From positions 868,001 to 932,000 of the forward strand of contig OZ287080.1 in NCBI GenBank assembly GCA_965645245.1: a stretch of DNA of 64,000 nt. The letters are read 5' to 3'. Below are positions 25,001 through 35,044 of the stretch, one piece after another; position 1 is the first letter of the stretch; each line of letters begins with the position of its first letter. This DNA comes from Massalongia carnosa (taxonomy: Eukaryota). The notes beneath the pieces were generated by a model. It made no database searches. It was not told the origin of the DNA and was given only the letters and a program-made list of their open reading frames with translations. A program made the translations under genes and the position numbers.

Positions 25001-26662
25001 TTTGAATAGTAGTACAATTTTCGGAGTTTTCGGTTGCTTTTCCAAGCATTTGACTCCATGTACCGATTGTGCTAACATTGTTACTAGAGACCCCGGTGGC
25101 TCCTTTACGAATGGTCTGATTTTCGATAATTGAATTTTCGTTCAATTTAACAACAGGTTTTTGGATTTTTGGACCATTCTGTAGTGGAGTCGTTTGTTAT
25201 TGTGACGTTTTTGAGGAAAGATGACTAGTTTGATCAAGTACTATGCCCATTTTATAGTTAATCATATCTAAGGATGTTTGTAAATTGATTGATTTTTTCG
25301 AAATCAACGAATTAACGTTGTCAATTACGATAGCCGTTTGTGGATTTTGGTCCAGTACAAATGATTGCAATAATGCTTTTTTGGCCGACTTTAGAAGCTC
25401 AATTGAATTTGCCCGATTGATCGCTTCTTGGCTATCTCTCGAATGTTCGTCAATGTGCGTCTTTTATTTCGTTTGATTGGTGGGCTTGATCCAATGTTTA
25501 AGTTCAATGAAGGCATCGGCAAGATAGTTGAAAATGGACCCGATGGGAATTTCGTTGCCTTTGGTGTCGGTGTTGACGGGGATGATGCATATTCGCGAGT
25601 TTGATCCATAGGTTCAAGACGGGGAGAGCTCCCTATCAACGCCACCGGAGATGGTCCGGGGGAGTGTCGGGGGGGGGCCGGGTAAGGGGTCGATAGGGGG
25701 GCGGGACCGACTGGGGGTGGTGTCCTTGGTATATTCCGGCGATTCATTACCGAGTTAAATATGGATTTATAAATAAATCGATGTTGCCTTTGCTATATCC
25801 CCTTTATCGCCACCAAATAATTTATTCTCACGTTCCCCGGACGTAAGAGTCAGAATAGAGAATTTTTACGCCGATTTACTGGTCTAAAGACTCTTGCTTT
25901 CCAAACCCTATTTATTTGACAATAACAAGTCAAATAAATCCTAGTCGAGTTAAAATAGACCGTTCCTCGCTTAGGCAATAGATCTTATTTAACTCTTTAC
26001 CTTGACACTACGATAAATAGAATATAATAAGAATTTTACGATCGAACAGAAAATTTTTTTTTTTAAAAAATGTTTTTGATCCAGAAATAAAAATCAAGTA
26101 CAATGAGTGAGAGGAGACTTCCTATTCTGGTTAGCCTGAAACAGGGCCTTTGGTTTAACCTAATTTCAGACGTTTTTCCCCTTCATTTCAGCAGATTGTT
26201 GGTCGGCAGTTCAACGAAAATCGAAAAAACACAAAATGGAATAGTGTATACGGTACCGGTAACCTTAAATTTCAAATGAACACCAAGAAGTTTTGTTGTC
26301 TCGAGAACAGGTTGTACAGTTACGCGACAGTGATGTTATTTTGTAGATAATTTTTGTGATAATAGATGAGATCTATGCGACAATTAAACCGAAGAAATAT
26401 CGAAAATCGAGCGATGTTTGAGGTTGTTGTTGGTGTTTTTGTGTTTTGTAGATTTTTTGGACGCGCTTTTTGGTGAAGGGGCGGAAAGACCGCGAGGAAA
26501 ACTCTGCAGGAGCAGTGGAAGAGCTCTCCTGTACCCAATTCTGATGGGTTTTAGCTTCTGGTAGGCTCAAATGAATGAGAAGAATGAGGAGAATAAGTTG
26601 GGAAAGTTTCAGTATATCAAAACATAGGGTACCGATGTTTTGGGGGCTGGCTTTTTGCTGAT
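22004..26662 (-). mobile_element. C-type LINE with complete 5' end, disrupted ORF1/ORF2, 3' part missing
   Basis: ORF1 pieces 25391-25747 and 24222-25145; ORF2 pieces 23743-24180 and 21972-23627; 5'UTR extends to ~26662. Confidence 0.95.
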
Positions 26663-26834
26663 AGTCGGAATGAGGCGTGCGTGGGGACGACCTAGGCGGA
26701 ACTGGTCGAGGCGGTGAGGATTGCGGAAAGGTTTTCCCAAAGGCCTCACCGTGGAGCGACCGACAAATATAGATTTGCTCCTATCTTTTCACATCAAAAC
26801 AATGCTAATTTAACGCGTTCACACGCGTCGCAGA

Positions 26835-26996
26835 TACGACGCGGAATGGGTTGGGTTTTGCCACAGTTGGGTAACCCAAGTTACTAATAATAGTATACTT
26901 TTACGGGTTTAATTCTATATATAGTATACTAGTATACTAAATATAGTTGTTTGAGTTGGGTTTTCAAAGTCAGAACCCAACCCATTCCGCAGCGTA
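26835..26996. mobile_element. 162-bp MITE, hAT-type
   Basis: 8-bp TSD gtcgcaga (26827-26834, 26997-27004); ~26-bp TIRs tacg(ac/ct)gcggaatgggttgggtt(t/c)tg; empty site in the paralogous copy at ~29416. Confidence 0.9.
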
Positions 26997-27333
26997 GTCG
27001 CAGACGTACGTACGGAAGAGGCTACGAAGGCCAACCGCCGGGGGGTAGAATGCGCGCGTCCCTGCATCATGCTTCTAAGGGTTCAAGTCCCTTCATGTTG
27101 TCATCAGCTGGAAGAAGATGTGGACTAAAGGAGCCGGATCATCCCCCACCCGGGCACAATCGACACGCGTTCTAGCTCCTGAGCGTTTAAGTCTCCCCAT
27201 GCAGTCATCAGCTGGGATCAACAGAACGCGTAAAGGCACCGGGGCGAATGCTGTCACCTCAAGAAAACTCCATCTCGGAGCAGATTTACAATATCCCATT
27301 TAATAGGCCCGGCATGTTAAATAAAATCGAGGA

Positions 27334-27490
27334 AAACATAGAGTCACAAAACACATAGTCATCAATCACATGTTGTACAAAGCGCACAGCCACAAAGCAC
27401 ATAGTCACAAACATACAGTCACAAACACACAGTCAAAAAACACACAGTCATAAAACACACAGTCACAAAAAACACAGTCATAAATCAATA
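27334..27490. repeat. CA-rich tandem repeat (~14-15 bp unit acacacagtcacaa, ~10 units); paralogue at ~29753-29927
   Basis: Directly visible; unit number differs between the two copies. Confidence 0.9.
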
Positions 27491-28245
27491 ATACGTCCCT
27501 GTAAAGGGAGTTCTGCGGGGGCTCGTTAAGACAGATCTGTACCCCGTTAATATCGGCGTACATATTTTTAGAGGTTCAAGTCCTTTCTAGCAGTTATCAG
27601 CTGAAAATGATGCATTTTGACACGGGCATGGTGAGGATTTGACACGGGTAGACCTCGATGGATCACAAAACGAATGAAAAGAGTTCAGCGGAAGTTCGTT
27701 AATATTGTTCTCGAAGACCTCGTTAATAAGATTTTCATAGACCTCGTTAACAACGTTCAGTCATACTCTTGAAGGTTCAAGTCCTTTCATGCAGTCATCG
27801 GCTGAGAGCTAAAGACGTACGACACGGGTCAGCTATGTCTGTCACACGGGTCTCCTTCGTCTACAACACGGAGCCCTCCGGCTGAAAGAAATAAAACATA
27901 TAGACACATAGTGTAGGGTCACACCCTACACGATACAAGAGATTTAGGTTATGAAAACCATCCGATTGATGGCTACCGTGAGCAGCACGTCCCGAACCGG
28001 ATTCGTACCGGGGATGGTGGAGGCAACCTAGTCATCAAATAGGACACCCTTGGGACAAGAAGAGGGCAATATACGAGGAACCCGTTAATTGATAACAGTC
28101 TAGGCCCTGAGCTACTAGACGAATTTCAAACGAGCACCCCTCCGAGTTGTCCTCGACTCGTTTTGGTTAGTAGGGACGGAAAATCGATACTATACTTCCT
28201 GGTCAGGAGCATAGTGGTCAAAATCCCTGCGATACATGGTCGGTT

Positions 28246-28289
28246 TTTTATTTTATTTTATTTATTCATTAAATGTATTCAACCTAAGG
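28246..28289 (-). mobile_element. LINE 3' tail, probably belonging to the minus-strand LINE body at 52973-56239
   Basis: ttttattttattttatttattcattaaatgtattcaacctaagg; the TSD acatggtcggtt flanks 28246 and 56239. Confidence 0.75.
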
Positions 28290-29185
28290 GCTTATGGAAC
28301 AACAAATATGCCGAATGGAACGAAGACGAAAAACAAACAAATAAACGGCATCCTAGTCAGCTTATTCGTGTTTTGCACTCCGTTTCGGTCATAGTTCACA
28401 AAACTGATGAATTCGAACAATCAAATAACTTCATTAAACCATGGAAGTCGTCGTGTAAAATCGAGTTTCAAATAGAAAACTCAAAAGAAACAGCAAAATC
28501 AAGTTATTATTCGACTTTGTCCAAAATTCAATTTATTAATTCCGAAATCACGAATATTACTTTATACGGATGGATCAAAATTAGAATTTGCAACTTCTGC
28601 GGTCACATTTGCACCAATTATGCGAAAATGGAACAATTTTATCGATAATTTCGATCACCTTATCGAAAAAGATTGCCTTATCCAACATTATACAATTTCG
28701 GAAAGCTGGAAATTGAGCAAACAGTCAAGCATTAAAAATTCTGAACTTCATGCGATTTTACAAGCAGTCAAATGGGTATATAAGTTAACGAACGAGAATA
28801 TATTATCGAATTTAGAAAAACCAATATGGATTTTTTCCGATAGTTTGAATGTGATAAACGAAATTCAATATTTAACAAATCATATTTATACGAAGCAAAT
28901 TCGAAAGATTGCAAAATGTTTATTCGAAAACAACTATCAGATAATTCTGCAATGGATTCCTAGTCATTCGAAAATTATCGAAAATGAAATTGCAGACAAA
29001 GCGGCGAAAGCAGGACACACAGTCAAATCATAGCGGAGTCCTCGGCGATCAAATTTGACTACTTGAAAAGTCAAATTCATCAAAATACGCTAAACACATG
29101 GACGAATCAATAGCAACAATGCAGGTCAAAAGGCAAACATAACGAGAAATTTGATATGCAACCTGGCAAATCGAGCTTGTATCAT
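28290..29185 (+). pseudogene. LINE RNase H-region fragment (same variant as 2076-3169)
   Basis: LTNENILSNLEK, IFSDS and NEIAD; frameshifts present. Confidence 0.9.
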
Positions 29186-31065
29186 CACATCACTAAAGCA
29201 CCACCGCATCATTTAAATTTCTATCACATTATTATATATCGGTCCTCCTCCTTCTACACCATCGGTCCTCCTCCTTCTACACCATCGGTCCTCCTCCTAC
29301 ACCATCGGTCCTCACCACGGAGACACCAAAGGCCTCACCGTGGAGCGACCGACAAACATAGATTTGCTCCTATCTTTTCGTATTAAAACAATGCTAATTT
29401 AACGCGTTCACACGCGTCGCAGACGTAGGTACGGAAAAGGATACGAAGGGCAACCGCCGGGGGGTAGAATGCGCGCGTCCCTGCACCATGCTTCTAAGGG
29501 TTCAAGTCCCTTCATGTTGTCATCAGCTGGAAGAAGATGTGGACCAAAGGAGCCGCATCATCCCCCACCCGGGCACAATCGACACGCGTTCTAGCTCCTG
29601 AGAGTTCAAGTCTCCCCATGCAGTCATCAGCTGGGATCAACAGAACGCGTAAAGGCACCGGGGCGAATGCTGTCACCTCAAGAAAACTCCATCTCGGAGC
29701 AGAATAACAATATCCCATTTAATAGGCCCGGCCTGTTCAATAAAATCGAGGAAAACACACAGTCACAAAACACATAGTCATCAATCACACGTTGTACAAA
29801 GCACACAGTCACAAAGCACATAGTCATAAACATACAGTCACAAATACACAGTCAAAAAACACACAGTCACAAACCACACAGTCACAATACACACAGTCAC
29901 AAAAAACACAGTCACAAATCAATAACACGTCCCTGTGAATGGGGTTCTGCGGGGGCTCGTTAAGACAGATCTGCACCCCGTTAATATCGGCGTACATATT
30001 TTTAGAGGTTCAAGTCCTTTCAAGCAGTCATCAGTTGAAAATGATGCATTTTGACACGGGCATGGTGAGGATTTGACACGGGTAGACCTCGATGGATCAC
30101 AAAACGAATGAAAAGAGTTCAGCGGAAATTCGTTAATATTGTTCTCGAAGACCTCGTTAATAAGATTTTCATAGACCTCGTTAACAACGATCAGTCATAC
30201 TCTTAAAGGTTCAAGTCCTTTCATGCAGTCATCGGCTGAGAGCTAAAGACGTACGACACGGGTCAGCTATGTCTGTCACACGGGTCTCCTTCGTCTACAA
30301 CACGGAGCCCTCCGGCTGAAAGAAATAAAACATATAGACACATAGTGTAGGGTCACACCCTACACGATACAAGGGATTTGGGTTATGAAAACCATCCGAT
30401 TGATGGCTACCGTGAGCAACACGGCCCGAACCAGAGTCGTACCGGGGATGGTGGAGGCAACCTAGTCATCAAATAGGACACCCTTGGGACAAGAAGAGGG
30501 CAATATACGAGGAACCCATTAATTGATAACAGTCTAGGCCCTGAGCTAATAGACGAATTTTAAACGAGCACCCCTCCGGGTTGTCCTAGACTCGTTTTGG
30601 TTAGTAGGGACGGAAAATCGATACTATACTGCCTGGTCAGGAGCATAGTGGTCGAAATCCCTGCGAGACATGGTCGGTTCATAAACGGGAGAACTTTATG
30701 AATAACGCGAAGTGGGCGTAAAAAACCCGTGAGGCGTGGTATGCAATGGGGGCCACCGTACGGAGACCGTCTGCATAGCCCGAGAGGACAGTATGCGCAT
30801 GTCGGTGTATATAGAGCAGGGAATGTCTATCTCGCTCGTAACGAAACCCAGTCGGTTCGCCGGCGCATGGGCTACGGCTAGACTCGCCCTTGATATATGC
30901 TTAAGGAGTAATCTGGGTTTGACCTGGGCGAAAGGGACGTCGTTCACACCAATCGTAGAATTCATCAATAATCTTGGGCCGTAAAACTCACCAGTGAGAT
31001 GAACGAAAACTCGGATAGAGATTTCACGAAGGAGATGTCAACTCTATTTTATCATTCTTAGCCCG
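29186..31065 (+). mobile_element. Non-coding structured repeat, copy 2 (uninterrupted, ~1.9 kb), fused at its 3' end to C-type LINE ORF1
   Basis: Paralogue of 26737-28245 plus 56240-56637; four T-loop motifs; ends ...attcttagcccg. Confidence 0.8.
29238..29313. repeat. Tandem repeat atcggtcctcctccttctacacc (~23 bp, about 3.5 units)
   Basis: Directly visible; the third unit is shortened. Confidence 0.9.
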
Positions 31066-34000
31066 ACACTCAACTGGACCATCTCGGGTGGCGTTGATAG
31101 GGAGCTCTCCCCGTCTTGAACCTATGGATCAAACTCGCGAATATGCATCAGCCCCGTCAACACCGACACCAAAGGGAACGAAATTCCCATCGGGTCCATT
31201 TTCCACTACCTTGCCGATGCCTTCATTGAACTTAAACATTGGATCAAGCTCACCAATCAAACGAAATAAAAGATGCACATTTGACGAACATTCGAGAGAT
31301 AGCCAAGAAGCGATCAATCGGTCAAATTCAATTGAGCTTCTAAAGTCGGCCAAAAAAGCATTATTGCAATCATTTGTACTCGACCAAAATCCACAAACGG
31401 CTATAGTAATTGACAACGTTAATTCGTTGATTTCTAAAAAATCAATCAATTTACAAACATCCTTAGATATGCTTAACTATAAAATAGGCATAGTACTTGA
31501 TCAAACTAGTCATCTTTCCTCCAAAACGTCACAACAACAAACGACTCCACTACAGAACGGTACAAAAATCAAAAAACCTGTTGTTAAATTGAATGAAAAT
31601 TCAATTATCGAAAATCAGACCATTCGCAAAGGAGCCACCGTGGTCTCTGGTAACAATGTTAGCATAACCGGTACATGGAGTCAAATGCTTGGAAAAGCAA
31701 CCGAAAACTCCGAAAATTGGACTATTATTCAAAGGAAAAGTTCGAATCATAATTCAAACAAAGTCGATCGATTTGATGAAATCAAGGCCAGACGACGCGT
31801 GATTTCACCGAAAAATCCTGACGCTCAAATCGACTCTATGAAGTTGCGTGATCAAATTAACGCGCTATTAAATAACGCAAATTTAAACATCATCGTCAAT
31901 ACTGTTGAAAAGTCCAAAACCGGTCAGAATATCCTTCCCACCACTAGCCCTGACAACAATGCCGAAGAATTGTTGAAAAATAAATCTTCATGGGAACACA
32001 TTTTCGAATCACAAAGAATTCGAAAAGACGAATCCTGGTTTAAAGTCATAGCACACTGAATAAATATCTTGTTATTCTATAATAACATGCAATATTTGCA
32101 AAGCGAGATCGAAAAATACAATTCGAATATGCAACTATATGATTTACCAAGATGGCTTGCTCGGGATCGTCAAAACAAAGTCACGTCGTCGGTAGTTTTG
32201 ACTTTCAATAATCAAAATCAAGCGTCAAACGCGTTAAGAGGCGTAAATATCGCGGGTAGACATTGTAACACGGAAATATTTGCTTCCGTTCGTCCAACAC
32301 GCAATGTATTAATTGTCAGAAATTTGGAAATAAGCATTATCAATGCAAAAGTCCGGCAAAATGCAATATATGCGCACAAAGTCATGAAACGCATAATCAT
32401 GAATGCACAACATGCAAGTCTAAAATCGCATGCGCACATGCAATTCTGAAATGCGTCAATTGCAACAAAAATCATCAATCGAACGATATAGGTTGCGAAA
32501 TGATTTTCTCGCTAAATCCTAGAAAATCGAATGATGAATTAATGCTTGGTTAATGGCGGGACAACATTCGTTGACAAATATCGAAAATACACAAAATGTC
32601 AAATTTATTCAACATAATTGTGCAAAGTCAACGAATGCAATGATTTCGTGTCTGGAATATGCAGTATTATATCGTGTTGATATTGTTTTATTTCAGGAAC
32701 CATGGACGCGAGATCAAAGAACAATTTCCCATCCGTCATTCACATGTATTATGCCGAAAATAGCGACTTATCGGCCGAGAGTAGCTATATTCGTTACATA
32801 ATGCAATCCAAAATTAGAATGCACGCCTAGAACCGATCTTATTAACGATACTGATCTGCAAATTATCGAAATTACAATTGACGAAGTTCGAAAAGTGCAG
32901 ATCTTTAACCTTTACAATGAAAAAAAGTCCAAACGATCGAGGAACATATACAATCGATCAACTTTTAGTTAAATATCAACCTATATCAACTGATCAATTT
33001 GTCATATGTGGAGATTTCAATGCACATCATAGCTGGTGGAATTCGAAGATTCAAAATGCAAGTCGATCAGAAAATCAAATCAAATGGTTAAAATTAAACA
33101 AATGTAGTTTGATAAATACGCATTATCTATATACATTTTTTTCTCATTCAGGAAACTCTTCATCTATTATTGATTTAACATTTGCAAATTCTAAAATCGA
33201 AAACGCAATTAAAAATTGGTCAATCGATGAAAACGCAGTCACGGGTTCAGATCATGAAGTTATTCGATTTGAACTTATCGCGTCTTTCAAGAACTTGACG
33301 TCACACGCAACCGCATTATCGAATAAATACAACTGCAATAAAGCCGATTGGGATAAATTCGCGAAGTTTCTAGACGAAAATGCAATAAACTACGAGTCCC
33401 AAATACAAAGCCTATTGAACAATTATCAATTTGATAAATCAGCGTTATATTTGCAAAACGTTATCAAAAACGCGGCTGAAATCTTTATTCCGAAGAAAAA
33501 AATATGCGCAAAATCGAAAAATTGGTGGTCGCAAGATTTAACCGGACTTCGAAAAATCATGTGGAGACATCGTCGAGAATGGAAGAATAATCCGTCCTAT
33601 TTTAGTCATCAAACATTTAGACATAGTCGAATCGAGTACTTTCATGCAATTCGAAAAGCGAAACAACAAACTTGGTTGGCTTTCCTCGAAAACGCAGTGA
33701 ATAGAGACGTATTTACAGCTTATAAATACACTAAACCGCGCATGTTCGAAAAAATACCACCTATTCAATATGAAAATAAGTTAAACGTTCAATTCGATCA
33801 AAAATGCGTTGCGTTTGTTTCAGCAATGTACACAAAAAACCCGTTCACGGACGATAATATTGAAGATTTCTCGTATCAAGACAGCGAAAATGACAAAAAT
33901 TGGCCGAATTTAACCGAAAATGAATTGCAAAATGCGATTAGTTTGTTAAATCTAAAGAAATCATGTGGACCTGATGCAATCAATTTCACAATAATTCAAA

Positions 34001-35044
34001 AATCGTTTCAACAATTGAAAAACGTGTTTTTTAATATTTATTCTATATTTATTCAATTCGGTTATCACCCGTTATGTTGGCGAACAGGACTCGGTGCTGT
34101 TTTAAAAAAACATAATAAACCAGACTACTCGCTGCCAAAATCATATCGAATTATTACCTTACTGAATTATCTTGGTAAAATTATGGAGAAAATAGTTGCT
34201 AATCGACTAGCCTACCTCGGCGAAAATTCGAGCTTGTTAGATACCGAACAAATGGGCGGACGCAAAAATCATTCTGGAATCGATACGGTAATAAACGTCG
34301 TTCATGATATCGAAATCGCAAAGCGAAACAAAAACGTTTTATCATGTCTATTAATCGATGTCAAAGGAGCATTTGACTTTGTTTCGATTAATCAATTACT
34401 AAATTTCATGAAAAAGCTGCATTTATCTCGCATAGTTATTCAATAGGTCAAGCATTTTATGACAAAACGATCGATCAATTTGATATTCGATGAACACAAA
34501 AGCAAAACGTACTATATCGAATCTGGAATTCCACAAGGTTCACCAATTTCGCCAATTCTATTTTTGATTTATATTCGTTACTTATTTCCGAAAATAAGAA
34601 TGAAATTCAATGCTCATTCACCTAGCTTTATAGACGATGTTGGAATATATGTCGAAAATAAAACTGCCAAACAGAATTGCAAAGAAATCGAAATTATCGT
34701 CAAAACAGCTTTTGATTGGGCCGCATCGAATAATGTCAAATTTGATAACGATAAATCTGAGTTGATTCACTTCGAAAAGTCATGAAATGCATCAAAAGAC
34801 AAAGTGCAATTACCAAACGGGACAATACTAGAACCGAAAAATTCTGTCAAATGGTTAGGAGTCTGCTTAGACCGAAAACTAAATTACAAAAAACACATCG
34901 AAACGCGAATTGCTTCTGCAAATAGATCGTTTTTCGCAATTCAAAATTTGATGAAGTCTGAATGGGGACTAAACCCAACTGCATGCAGACAGCTCTATTT
35001 GTCATGCATTATTCCTATTTCGGACTATGGCTCAGAAATCTGGT
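31062..35044 (+). mobile_element. C-type LINE, 5' segment (ORF1 lacking its first ~30 codons, APE, RT); resumes at 51206
   Basis: ORFs at 31088-35208, TAATG at 32551; 13-bp TSD tcagaaatctggt at 35032-35044 and 51206-51218. Confidence 0.92.

Larger units (their letters stand above)
26663..28245 (+). mobile_element. Non-coding structured repeat, copy 1, 5' part (continues at 56240-56637)
   Basis: From 26737 it is collinear with 29326 onward. There is no long ORF. It ends in acatggtcggtt, which recurs at 56240-56251. Strand is inferred from G-U pairs and from the fusion to sense LINE. Confidence 0.8.

Noticed and set aside
27077..27110. tRNA genes
   Set aside because: Only a T-arm is present; I found no A-box/D-arm, anticodon arm or matching acceptor stem.
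27077..27804. Minus-strand hammerhead ribozymes (CTGATGA...GAAA)
   Set aside because: The core is not conserved (GAAG, GGGG, CCGATGA and CTGATAA variants), there is no stem II, stem I is not contiguous, and G-U pairs favour the + strand.
30696..30984. Short overlapping ORFs (82 and 90 aa), also open at 56268-56556
   Set aside because: They depend on non-ATG starts, have no recognisable motifs, and their persistence is explained by the high identity of the two copies.
30975..31047. Group II intron domains V and VI (GGGCCGTA...CAACTCTAT)
   Set aside because: The resemblance is superficial: no AGC/CGC triad pairing, no GNRA loop or AC bulge, and the element continues past the would-be splice site.
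29186..31065. Telomerase RNA (similar size; U-rich motif near the 3' end)
   Set aside because: I found no CCCTAA-type template on either strand, and the sequence is multicopy.
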